From: Thermoproteota archaeon
GTDB taxonomy: Archaea; Thermoproteota; Thermoprotei; Gearchaeales; Gearchaeaceae
Length of the DNA: 64,000 nucleotides
Assembly: GCA_032249235.1 (NCBI GenBank)
Contig: JAVVGF010000001.1
Span: 96,001-160,000 of the forward strand
Direction: 5' to 3'
A program made the translations under genes and the position numbers. Shown here one piece after another: positions 29,999 through 38,616 of this stretch (positions are counted from its first letter, which is position 1; each line of letters starts with the position of its first letter). The notes under the pieces are model-generated. The model was not told the DNA's origin, searched no databases, and was given only the letters and a program-made list of their open reading frames with translations.

Positions 29999-31711
29999 AT
30001 GAGTGAAAGAATTCGAGGTAATGCTTGGAAAATAAAATGGAATTCATGGAGCAAAGAAGCTTTTGAAAAAGCAAAGAGAGAAAATAAGCTAGTGCTTTTA
30101 AGCTTAGCTGGAGTTTGGTGTCATTGGTGTCATGTCATGGATGAAACAACCTATTCTGATGAAGAAATAATAAGTCTGATAAACGAAAACTTCATACCAA
30201 TAAGAGTTGATGTTGATGAAAGACCTGACATTAGCGAGAGATATAATTTTGGCGGCTTTCCTACCTTTGCATTTTTAACGCATGAAGGGGATGTAATAAC
30301 AGGAGGAACATACGTTCCTCCTGCTCAGTTCAAGGAGATAGTTAAAGAAATGATAGAATTGAACAAAAAAGGAGATATTAAAGATTTAATTGCTTCTTCA
30401 GTTTCAAAGAAAAGTGAAATAAGAAAGGCTAATCCGAATGAAAAGATCATATGGGATGTTGTTGATATACTTATATCTTATTTTGATGAAAGTTATGGTG
30501 GTTTTGGAATAGAACCTAAATTTCCTATTTCTGATGCTATACTATTCTTAGAAAACATGTATAGCATTACTAAGAAAAATGGCTTCAATGTAATGGTTAA
30601 GAAGACTCTTGAAGGTATGTTGAATGGAATTTATGATGAAATTGAAGGCGGCTTCTTTAGATATAGTGTTACAAGAGATTGGAAAAATCCTCATTATGAA
30701 AAAATGCTGGAAACAAATGCTAATTTGCTACTCTGTTATGCATATTACTATTATCTAAGCGGTGAAAGAAAATATAAAGATGTTGTTGAGAAAACTGCAA
30801 ATTATTTAATAAAAAACTTGAGAGATAAAGATACAGGATTGTTTTATAGCAGTCAAGATGCTGATGAAGTTTATTATTCATTAAATTTAGAAGAAAGAAA
30901 GAAAAGAAATCCTCCTTACATCGATAAAAACATATATTCATGTAAAAATTCTCTTTGTGCAATTTCTTTCTTGAAATCTGGAATATTATTAAACAATGAA
31001 GATTATATTAATATAGCATTAGAGGTATCAAAAAAATTATACAATGAATATTTAACCAAAGAAGGAATTTTACATTCAAAAAATTTAAATATTTCTTATT
31101 TAGATGATAATGTTTTATTTCTAGATTTATTGCTCAATCTTTATAGTTATTATTTAGATGAAGAATATCTAGAAAGGGCTAAAAATATTGCTGACATAAT
31201 AGTAAAGGAATATATCGATTCAAATGGTTTGCTCAAAGATAGAAAACCAAGCGAAGATTCTTTAGGTTTGCTAAAAGAACCCTATCATCCTCTTAATGAG
31301 AATTCTCTTGCTGCTAAAGATCTCTACATACTTGGAGAGCTTATAAGCGATGAGAATTTAAAAAAGATTTCACAAGAAATAACTTCAATTTTATCTGCAA
31401 ATTACGCAAGCTATAGCTTATTCGCTTCTTCTTTTGCAAATTCTTTATTATTTTTATTAAATCCTATTGAAATTAGACTTGTTTTCAGCAATAAGGATGT
31501 TGCTAAAAATATAATCAAAGAGAACAAGTTAATTCTCGATCCTCTTGTTTATATAAAGTATATAGATTTTAACTCTGAAGATTCAAAGCGAGAATATAAC
31601 AAAGAAGGAATCTATGTGTGTAAAGGAACGTTATGTTATCCTCCTGTTTATACTTCTGATGAACTAAACAAGCTAATGGAGAAGATCTTAAAAGAAAGTT
31701 TGAAGTTTTAA
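29999..31711 (+). CDS. DUF255/YyaL thioredoxin-domain protein
   Basis: W..EAFEKA, WCHWCHVM, DERPDI, GGFG..PKFP, GGFFRYSV..DW..PHYEKML. Confidence 0.9.
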   Translation: MSERIRGNAWKIKWNSWSKEAFEKAKRENKLVLLSLAGVWCHWCHVMDETTYSDEEIISLINENFIPIRVDVDERPDISERYNFGGFPTFAFLTHEGDVITGGTYVPPAQFKEIVKEMIELNKKGDIKDLIASSVSKKSEIRKANPNEKIIWDVVDILISYFDESYGGFGIEPKFPISDAILFLENMYSITKKNGFNVMVKKTLEGMLNGIYDEIEGGFFRYSVTRDWKNPHYEKMLETNANLLLCYAYYYYLSGERKYKDVVEKTANYLIKNLRDKDTGLFYSSQDADEVYYSLNLEERKKRNPPYIDKNIYSCKNSLCAISFLKSGILLNNEDYINIALEVSKKLYNEYLTKEGILHSKNLNISYLDDNVLFLDLLLNLYSYYLDEEYLERAKNIADIIVKEYIDSNGLLKDRKPSEDSLGLLKEPYHPLNENSLAAKDLYILGELISDENLKKISQEITSILSANYASYSLFASSFANSLLFLLNPIEIRLVFSNKDVAKNIIKENKLILDPLVYIKYIDFNSEDSKREYNKEGIYVCKGTLCYPPVYTSDELNKLMEKILKESLKF

Positions 31712-31732
31712 TACTTAAAAATAATATTTATT

Positions 31733-32701
31733 GTGCAAGAATATAAGTGGTGGAAAAACAATTTTCCTATAATCGAGATTAAGAAAGCCAAATCTATTTT
31801 ACATGAGTTTAAAACTGTTGAACTCGTAGATTATGGACTTGCTATTAATCCTTACATCGGATGTCAACATAGATGCTTGTATTGTTATGCAACATACGAA
31901 TGGGCTCCAGATTTTTATGATAAGATATATGTGAAGGAGAATGCGGATAAAATCCTCAAAGTTGAGCTACCTTTACATGGAATTAGCACTCCCGTAATGA
32001 TAGGTACTTCTACTGATTCATATCAGCCAGTTGAATTGAAATTCAAAATTACAAGAAGAATTATTGAAATATTGCAAAAACATCAAGTTACATACTACAT
32101 ATTTACAAAATCAACTGCTGTATTAAGAGATTTAGATTTGCATGCAAAATATAAAGATAAATGCTTCATAATTTGGTCTCTTACAACGATTGATGAGAAA
32201 ATTAAAAGAAAAATTGAACCCTTCGCAGCGTCTGCAAGTAAAATATTTGAAGCTATGAGAATAATGAGAAAAAATGGAATTACATGCGGAATAAACATCG
32301 ATCCTATAATGCCTTGTATAAATGATGATAAAGCAATGCTTTCAGAATTGTTATTGAAAGCTAAAGAAGCTGATTGCTCATTTGTTTCATCTGGAATATT
32401 AAGATTGAGAGAAGATATATGGCAAAGGATGAAAATTTTCTTTGAATCTGAAGGAAGAAAGAACATAATTAATGTATATGAAAAGATTTATTTTGAAGAA
32501 CCTAAGAAAATAGGCTATTATTATTTCGCAAAAGAAGAATATTGTGAAGAGATTACAGATTTCATAATTGAACAATGCAAAAGACTTGATTTGCATTACG
32601 GTTTTCCTTTCTTATCTAATAGTAAAATTAAATTAAACTTCCAGAAATCATTACTTGAATATATCCATGGGCAAGCTTGTACGTGCACATCTATTCATTG
32701 A
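31733..32701 (+). CDS. Radical SAM protein, SPL (spore photoproduct lyase)-like family
   Basis: [22 protein letters not shown]...ITR, TKS..V.RD.D. Confidence 0.88.
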   Translation: MQEYKWWKNNFPIIEIKKAKSILHEFKTVELVDYGLAINPYIGCQHRCLYCYATYEWAPDFYDKIYVKENADKILKVELPLHGISTPVMIGTSTDSYQPVELKFKITRRIIEILQKHQVTYYIFTKSTAVLRDLDLHAKYKDKCFIIWSLTTIDEKIKRKIEPFAASASKIFEAMRIMRKNGITCGINIDPIMPCINDDKAMLSELLLKAKEADCSFVSSGILRLREDIWQRMKIFFESEGRKNIINVYEKIYFEEPKKIGYYYFAKEEYCEEITDFIIEQCKRLDLHYGFPFLSNSKIKLNFQKSLLEYIHGQACTCTSIH

Positions 32702-32948
32702 AGGATTAGTTCAAGGAGTTTTCTTCAGGGCACATACTAAAAGTGTAGCTGACAAATATGGAGTAAAAGGATTTGTTAGAAATTTACCAGATGGTAGAGT
32801 TGAAGCTTTATTGGAAGGTGAGGAAGAAAGCGTTAATAAAGTAATAGAATTTTGTAAACGAGGCCCTCCAGGAGCAATTGTTACAAATGTAGAAATAATA
32901 TGGGAAGAATATAAAGGAGAATATAATGATTTTAAAATTTTAAGATGA
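32667..32948 (+). CDS. acyP: Acylphosphatase
   Basis: G.VQGVFFR, GFVRNL.DG.VE, GPPGA.V; ATG at 32667 preferred. Confidence 0.95.
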   Translation: MGKLVRAHLFIEGLVQGVFFRAHTKSVADKYGVKGFVRNLPDGRVEALLEGEEESVNKVIEFCKRGPPGAIVTNVEIIWEEYKGEYNDFKILR

Positions 32949-32954
32949 TTTAAT

Positions 32955-32968
32955 AAAAGCTTATATAC
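32955..32968 (+). promoter_or_regulatory. BRE-TATA promoter of queD
   Basis: AAAAGCTTATATA ending 22 bp upstream of ATG 32990, consistent with a leaderless transcript. Confidence 0.6.
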
Positions 32969-32989
32969 GTTAATTTTTACTTCTCTACT

Positions 32990-33445
32990 ATGACAGATGA
33001 AGCTACTGGAATATTCATAGAAGAAGATTTCGATTATGCTCATTTCATACCTAATCATCCTAAATGCTATCCCTTACATGGGCATACTGCGAAAGTTGAA
33101 ATAAGATTATTTGGTAAAAAGGAAGCATTCGATATGATATTAGACTTCGGTGAATTGAAGAACATTTGTAAAAAGGTCATTTCAAACTTCGATCACAAAT
33201 TAATTGCATCGAAAAAGTATGTTAAGGCAATACAAAATGGTTTGGTTGAAATAGAATACAGCAAGTTTAAGTTGATCATTCCTTTAGAAAATATTTATAT
33301 ACTAGAAAATGAAGTAACAAGCGAAAATTTATCTGAGGAACTAAGCAAAGCGTTGCTTGAAAATCTTCCTTCTAATGTAGAGATCATTGAGGTTAGAATA
33401 TATGAAGGAAATAGAAAAGGAGCTTTTACAATTAGGAGAAGATAA
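32990..33445 (+). CDS. queD: 6-carboxytetrahydropterin synthase QueD
   Basis: F..AH.....KC..LHGH, DFG.LK, DHK, TSEN, E.RIYE. Confidence 0.9.
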   Translation: MTDEATGIFIEEDFDYAHFIPNHPKCYPLHGHTAKVEIRLFGKKEAFDMILDFGELKNICKKVISNFDHKLIASKKYVKAIQNGLVEIEYSKFKLIIPLENIYILENEVTSENLSEELSKALLENLPSNVEIIEVRIYEGNRKGAFTIRRR

Positions 33446-34094
33446 ATCTTGTGTTTTGCTTTTTTCTGGAGGAATAGATTCAACTATATTGTTATTTTTA
33501 TTGAAAAAATTAAATTATAAAATAAATGTTTTAACAATAAATTATAATGGAAGAAATCCTAAAGAATTGGAAGCATGTGAAAAAATTATTGATTTAGCTA
33601 AACCTGACAATTATATTATTATAGATTTAAATTTTTTAAAAGAAAGCATAACCTTATGGGAAGAATTGAAGAACAGTACTATGAAAGAAATAATTTCAAA
33701 TTTACCTAGTTATTACATACCTGCTCGCAATATTATTTTCTTTTCAATAGCAGCTTATTATGCAGAATCTTTTGGTGTAAGTTTCATATTTACAGGTCAT
33801 GTTAAAGACGATTCAGGTATATTGCCTGATGTGAATGAAAGGTTCGTTGATCTTTTCAATGAGATTTTGAAGAATGGAACTTATTTAGGTAGAAATAAAA
33901 GGCTCGAAATAAAAATGCCTTTTTTGAATCTAAATAAGCTAGATCTTGCGGAGCTAGCATTAAAATATGAAGTTCCTTTGCAATATACTTGGAGTTGTCA
34001 TGAATTAGCTGAATTGCAATGCGGAAATTGTAGAGGATGCATACAACGCAAGCATTTCCTTGAAATGTATGATGAAATTAAACGTAAGAGATAA
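33402..34094 (+). CDS. queC: 7-cyano-7-deazaguanine synthase QueC
   Basis: SGGIDS PP-loop, YIPARN, PD, TWSC...CGNC.GC; start uncertain (TTG 33387 or ATG 33402). Confidence 0.93.
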   Translation: MKEIEKELLQLGEDKSCVLLFSGGIDSTILLFLLKKLNYKINVLTINYNGRNPKELEACEKIIDLAKPDNYIIIDLNFLKESITLWEELKNSTMKEIISNLPSYYIPARNIIFFSIAAYYAESFGVSFIFTGHVKDDSGILPDVNERFVDLFNEILKNGTYLGRNKRLEIKMPFLNLNKLDLAELALKYEVPLQYTWSCHELAELQCGNCRGCIQRKHFLEMYDEIKRKR

Positions 34095-34123
34095 ATGCAA
34101 GTTCTTCACTCATTAAATAGGCT

Positions 34124-34840
34124 ATGAACTTAGATCTATCCAAAGTAAAAGATATACATGAGGAAGTCCGCGACAGCATAGTACTTGCAGGCATATCTAA
34201 TCTAAAAGTCTTACTGAAGTTGAGAGATATGAAATTACCAGTAACCCTTACAATACTTATCCCAACTTCTAAAAGAGGTGTTCACATGAGCAGATTAATA
34301 AAAGCAGTAAAGGATGTAGCGATGGATGATGATTATATTGAAAATATACTTTTGAAAATGTGTGATAAAATTAATAATCTCCATAATTCAGAATGTAAAA
34401 TCATAGCTAAATTTGATTATCCTATTAAAGATTCCGATCAGTTCATGAAAGTCAAGATTGAGATTCAAAGAAATGCACCTATAAAATATTTGTTCAAAAG
34501 GCTTGGAATAACTGCATGTCCATGTAGCAAAGAATTAACAGGAATTGGTCATATGCAAAGAGCATGGTTAATAATAGAAATAGAAAGCGAATCTATTTTA
34601 GATTTCGACGAAGTAGCTAGCAAAATGGCAGAATGCTTCTCGGTAACTCCTGCTGAATATTTGAAAAGACCTGACGAAGCAAAGCTCATATTAGAATCTC
34701 AAGAAAATGCAAGATTTGTCGAAGATGTTGTTAGAGAAGCATTGAAAAGGTTTAAGAATGCTAATAAAATAATAGCTAAAGCTTTAGAATCAATACATTC
34801 ACATGATGCTTATGCTCTTTGGTACAAAGGATTGACTTAA
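34124..34840 (+). CDS. folE2: GTP cyclohydrolase, FolE2/MptA family
   Basis: RGVHMSR, TACPCS, H.QR, KRPDE, FVEDVVR, ESIHSHDA. Confidence 0.9.
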   Translation: MNLDLSKVKDIHEEVRDSIVLAGISNLKVLLKLRDMKLPVTLTILIPTSKRGVHMSRLIKAVKDVAMDDDYIENILLKMCDKINNLHNSECKIIAKFDYPIKDSDQFMKVKIEIQRNAPIKYLFKRLGITACPCSKELTGIGHMQRAWLIIEIESESILDFDEVASKMAECFSVTPAEYLKRPDEAKLILESQENARFVEDVVREALKRFKNANKIIAKALESIHSHDAYALWYKGLT

Positions 34841-34873
34841 AATTTTTTATAAAAACAAGATAAATATAAAATA

Positions 34874-34958
34874 GCTCCGGTAGCTCAGCTGGGAGAGCGC
34901 CCGGCTGAAGAAGCTTTCGGAAACCGGGAGGTCGCTGGTTCAAATCCGGCCCGGAGCA
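34874..34958 (+). tRNA. tRNA-Phe(GAA) with 12-nt intron (34911-34922)
   Basis: GCTCCGG/CCGGAGC-A acceptor; CCCGG-CT-GAA-G|AAGCTTTCGGAA|A-CCGGG; CTGA pairs with intron TCGG (splice helix). Confidence 0.94.
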
Positions 34959-35004
34959 TATTTTTATTAAAACCTATATATTTCTTGATAATATGATAAT
35001 ATAG

Positions 35005-35137
35005 CCCCCGGTAGCGTAGCCTGGTAACGCATCCGGCTGTAGGGGTTCCCCGTATAGGCAAGGAGGTCTATGACCGCCGATGAGCCTATATCAAGGCAGA
35101 AACCGGAAGATCGCTGGTTCAAATCCGGCCCGGGGGA
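35005..35137 (+). tRNA. tRNA-Tyr(GTA) with 59-nt intron (35043-35101)
   Basis: C1:G72 acceptor CCCCCGG/CCGGGGG-A; TCCGG-CT-GTA-G|intron|A-CCGGA; CTGT pairs with intron GCAG followed by an AA|A bulge. Confidence 0.94.
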
Positions 35138-35176
35138 TTCAAAAATTTAAGTTCCTTTTAGATAATTTTTCATTAG

Positions 35177-35251
35177 GCGACCGTAGTCTAGCCAGGACTA
35201 GGACATCGGCTTTCCGAGCCGAGGACCCGGGTTCAAATCCCGGCGGTCGCA
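35177..35251 (+). tRNA. tRNA-Gly(TCC)
   Basis: GCGACCG/CGGTCGC-A acceptor; TCGGC-TT-TCC-GA-GCCGA; GGTTCAAATCC. Confidence 0.96.
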
Positions 35252-35272
35252 TAGAAAAGTTTATAACTATTC

Positions 35273-35653
35273 ATGAAAAGATTCAATATAGTGAAGGACG
35301 ACATTGGCTCTTTATATAAAAAAATAAAAGAAAAAATAGGAACACTTGTAGAAGTGAGAACGATTGATGACAGGATAATAATAGGTAAATTGGCTTCATT
35401 TAATCCTGAAGATGGAAGTATTTTACTTGAAAAAGCAATTGAGAAGAATAGAAGAATTCCAAGTATTTATATCAGCGGTGTAGCAGTTGCTCAAATTAAC
35501 TTTTTCGAAAAAGAAAATAAAGAAGAAGAAATAGATGATAAAGTTGCTGCTTTATTAAAGGTTGATCCTAGTTTGACATATGAAGAGATAGCTAAGATTT
35601 TAGATATACCTATTCAAGTTGCCCAAAGGATAGTTAAAAGATTGATGAAATGA
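35273..35653 (+). CDS. Sm/Lsm-fold protein fused to a C-terminal helix-turn-helix
   Basis: Sm1 (IGTLVEVRTIDDRIIIGKLASFN...SILLEKA) and Sm2 (IYISG..V.QI), then IDDKVAALLKVDPSLTYEEIAKILDIP..VAQRIVKRL. TATA at 35260-35267 suggests the real start is GTG 35291. Confidence 0.78.
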   Translation: MKRFNIVKDDIGSLYKKIKEKIGTLVEVRTIDDRIIIGKLASFNPEDGSILLEKAIEKNRRIPSIYISGVAVAQINFFEKENKEEEIDDKVAALLKVDPSLTYEEIAKILDIPIQVAQRIVKRLMK

Positions 35654-35703
35654 TGAAAAAGCCCCTATGACCTAGGAATGATTAGGATCTTGAGTGCTGA
35701 TCA
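35648..35703 (+). ncRNA. C/D-box guide sRNA
   Basis: Box C ATGATGA 35650-56, guide AAAAGCCCCT, D' ATGA 35667-70, C' ATGATTA 35678-84, guide GGATCTTGAGTG, D CTGA 35697-700; canonical archaeal spacing. Confidence 0.88.
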
Positions 35704-35859
35704 ATCATCTGGAAAATAATATACCAATTCTATTCTGAAGTTGTTTCCTTCTTTTTTCATTACATAATTTGTATAGCATGCATTACAAAATACAATGAAT
35801 TTCTCTGAATTAATTTCAAATTCAAGATCTTTGCCACATCTGCATTTCATTTTAGCCAT
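35701..35859 (-). CDS. 52-aa zinc-finger microprotein (CxC...CxxC)
   Basis: MAKMKCRCGKDLEFEINSEKFIVFCNACYTNYVMKKEGNNFRIELVYYFPDD*; fills the gap exactly; below the ORF-track cutoff. Confidence 0.75.
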   Translation of the reverse strand: MAKMKCRCGKDLEFEINSEKFIVFCNACYTNYVMKKEGNNFRIELVYYFPDD

Positions 35860-35885
35860 TTAAATTCAATAATGATAATTTATCA

Positions 35886-36914
35886 ATGAAAGTAATAAGG
35901 CTTTACAGCCATGGAAGTGTAGAAAATCTAAAGTTAGAAGAAGAAGAGATACCTAAAATCAAACCAAATCATGTCTTAATAAAGATAATTGCTTGTTCTT
36001 TGAATAGGTTAGACATTTGGACAAGGATTGGTTATCCTGGAGTTAAAGTACCTTTCCCTATAATATTAGGAAGCGATATAGCTGGCGTTATAGAAGATGT
36101 AGGTGAAGGGGTTGAAAGATTTAAAAAGGATGACAAAGTAGTTTTGTATCCTGCAATTACATGCAATAACTGTGAATATTGCATTGCAGGTGAACATTCT
36201 TTGTGCGATAATTTAAAAATCTTAGGACATCTAACAGATGGAGGATATCGTGAATATATGCTTGCACCTATAGATATTGTTTATAAATTCAATCCAGATA
36301 GAAGCTTTGAAGAGGCAGCTTCTTTACCTGTTACAGGTACAACTGCATGGAGAATTGTTTTTAACAAAGCCAATCCAAAGCCAGGCAACATAGCTTTCGT
36401 TTGGGGTGCAAGTAGCGGTACAGGGATCATGCTCATTGAATTGTTAAAGTTAATAGGTTGTAAAGTAATATCGACTGCAGGAAATGAAGAAAAGATTGAG
36501 AAAGCATATAAACTTGGCTGCGATCTTGTGATAAATTATAAGACTGAAGATGTACTGAGCAAGGTTAGTGAATTCACGAATTATAAAGGTGTTGATTTGG
36601 TCGTTGATAGCGTTGGATCATCTACTTTTGAAACTAGCTTGAAAATATGCAAAAAAGGCGGAAAAGTTATATTTTTTGGAGCTACGAGTGGAGATCAGGT
36701 TAGTTTCAGTATCAGACCTCCTTATAGAAAACAAATTTCGATTATAGGTTCTTATCTAGGAAGCAAGAGTGATTTTAATGAGATCCTTAAGCTTTTCAAT
36801 GAGAATAAAATCAAACCGATCATAGATTCTGTTTTTAAATTAGAGGAAGCTCCGCTAGCTCATTCAAGAATGGAAAAAGGCTTGCACTTCGGTAAGATAT
36901 TGCTAAAGCCTTGA
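35886..36914 (+). CDS. MDR-family zinc-binding dehydrogenase/reductase
   Basis: ILGSD.AG, structural Zn C.NCEYC..G.HSLC, WGASSG.G, HFGKILL. Confidence 0.92.
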   Translation: MKVIRLYSHGSVENLKLEEEEIPKIKPNHVLIKIIACSLNRLDIWTRIGYPGVKVPFPIILGSDIAGVIEDVGEGVERFKKDDKVVLYPAITCNNCEYCIAGEHSLCDNLKILGHLTDGGYREYMLAPIDIVYKFNPDRSFEEAASLPVTGTTAWRIVFNKANPKPGNIAFVWGASSGTGIMLIELLKLIGCKVISTAGNEEKIEKAYKLGCDLVINYKTEDVLSKVSEFTNYKGVDLVVDSVGSSTFETSLKICKKGGKVIFFGATSGDQVSFSIRPPYRKQISIIGSYLGSKSDFNEILKLFNENKIKPIIDSVFKLEEAPLAHSRMEKGLHFGKILLKP

Positions 36915-37396
36915 AAATACTAGTTACATGCAAGCCTTACAAAGAAAAGAAAGCAGTTGAAGAAATATTGAGCTTACTATTTCAGTTCGATCCTTCTTCA
37001 AAGCTAGATGATATTCAAATAAAGCCTGGTTTGTTTTCTGTTGAAACACAAGCGAAAAAAGAAGATATAGTAAAAGTTTTGCTAAAATACAGAAGATCTT
37101 ATATTTATAAAGTTCTTCCAATTGATTTAATAACGAATAACTTAGATGAAATTTCAAAAATATTTGATTTAATTGAAGAAAATAAGAGCTTAGCCATTAG
37201 ATGTAGAAGCAGGTTTGGGATTAGTGCAGGCGAGATAGAAAGAAAGCTAGGTGAAATTGCTAAAAATAAAGGACTTAAAATAAACTTGGAAAATCCAGAT
37301 TATGTAATCATCATAGAACCAGTTAAAAGTAATTTTTATATTTCATTTTTAACCTTTTTTCAATACAAAATTTTGACAGGTAAGAAATCGTTATAA
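36911..37396 (+). CDS. Stand-alone THUMP-domain protein
   Basis: KVLPID, AIRC.SR, EIER.LG, INLENPD.V..IE. Confidence 0.85.
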   Translation: MKILVTCKPYKEKKAVEEILSLLFQFDPSSKLDDIQIKPGLFSVETQAKKEDIVKVLLKYRRSYIYKVLPIDLITNNLDEISKIFDLIEENKSLAIRCRSRFGISAGEIERKLGEIAKNKGLKINLENPDYVIIIEPVKSNFYISFLTFFQYKILTGKKSL

Positions 37397-37431
37397 ATCA
37401 TTTAGAATAAATATTTCATAGATAATCGAAA

Positions 37432-38616
37432 ATGAATTTCGAAGAATATTTCAGAGGCTCAACTTTATTCATAGATGAAAGTAAGTTATTCCCTGAATAT
37501 GTTCCTCCTTATTTACCTTTTAGAGAAGAACAAATAAAAAAATTAGCAATATTTTTTAGAGGGATTCTAGAATTAGATAATTTTTCTTTTTATAGAGCGA
37601 TTTGTCATGGACCAGCTGGTACCGGTAAAACTGCTGTGGCTAAGTTTTTCGGAAAGTTAATCAGCGATGAAGCTAAAAAAAGAGGTCTTCAGCTTTATTT
37701 TATTCATATTAATTGCCATTTAGAAAGAACCTACTTCATGGTCGTTAGCAAAATAGCAGAACATTTGATTCCCGGAATACCTAAAAGAGGTTTTTCTCCT
37801 AAGCAATATTTAACTTGGATTTTGGATTATTTAGAAGAAGAAAACGCAAAGCTTTTATTGTGTCTAGATGAGGCTGATTACATAATTAGGAATGATCCTG
37901 AGCTTCTCTATGATTTGACTCGAATACCTGAATTAGGCATTAATAAAATTAGGATGAATTTGCTTTTGATATTAAGAAATATTTCAAACTTATATTCACT
38001 AGATGAAAGTATTCTAAGTACTTTACAGAGAAACATCAATCCATTCAATCCGTATAGTTATTTTGAAATCAAAGAAATAATTAAAGAAAGAGCTCAAGAA
38101 GCTTTCGTTGCTAATGCAGTAGATAATAGTGTAATAGAAACGATTGCGATGAAATCTGGAATAGATAAAGGTGGTAGAGGCGATGCAAGATTTGCTTTAG
38201 AATTATTGTGGAGAGCTGGTAAAATAGCCGAAATTGAAAATTCTAATAAAGTAAAGATTGAACATTTAAGAAAGGCAATGAGCGAAATATATCCTGGTCT
38301 ATCCATAGAAGTGTTTGAAACCTTGCTTGATGAAGAAAAGTTGATTTTGTTATCGATTTGTAGGGCTTTAAGAGAAGAAAATAATTCTCATGTTAGCATA
38401 AAAAGAGTAAGAGAACATTATGAATTAATATGTGAAAAACTAAAGCGAACTCCTAGGAAATATACACAGTTCTGGAGTTATATACAAAGCTTGAAGAACA
38501 AGAATTTGATAAACGTATCAGTAGTAAATGAAAAAAGAGGTAGGAGAAGTTATATTTCAATAGATGTTCCTTTAGATACACTAGAAAATAAACTACTAGA
38601 ATATGTCAAAACATAG
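37432..38616 (+). CDS. cdc6: Orc1/Cdc6 replication initiator
   Basis: P.YVP..LP.REEQI, GPAGTGKT, LDEAD, GDAR.ALE, C-terminal wHTH with RGR. Confidence 0.95.
   Translation: MNFEEYFRGSTLFIDESKLFPEYVPPYLPFREEQIKKLAIFFRGILELDNFSFYRAICHGPAGTGKTAVAKFFGKLISDEAKKRGLQLYFIHINCHLERTYFMVVSKIAEHLIPGIPKRGFSPKQYLTWILDYLEEENAKLLLCLDEADYIIRNDPELLYDLTRIPELGINKIRMNLLLILRNISNLYSLDESILSTLQRNINPFNPYSYFEIKEIIKERAQEAFVANAVDNSVIETIAMKSGIDKGGRGDARFALELLWRAGKIAEIENSNKVKIEHLRKAMSEIYPGLSIEVFETLLDEEKLILLSICRALREENNSHVSIKRVREHYELICEKLKRTPRKYTQFWSYIQSLKNKNLINVSVVNEKRGRRSYISIDVPLDTLENKLLEYVKT

Noticed and set aside
32990-34840. 7-deazaguanine DNA modification (dpd) or QueC-based defence system
   Set aside because: No dpdA/TGT-like, TatD or other defence genes are adjacent; a tRNA archaeosine precursor role is simpler.
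35040-35047. D' guide of the sRNA pairing with pre-tRNA-Tyr (AGGGGUU)
   Set aside because: Only 7 bp including a G-U pair, and it would methylate an intron base; too weak to call.
35080-35319. 79-aa ORF in the track
   Set aside because: Overlaps tRNA-Tyr and tRNA-Gly; an artefact of GC-rich RNA genes.
37397-37431. Replication origin upstream of cdc6
   Set aside because: Only 35 bp, and no ORB-like repeat was recognised.
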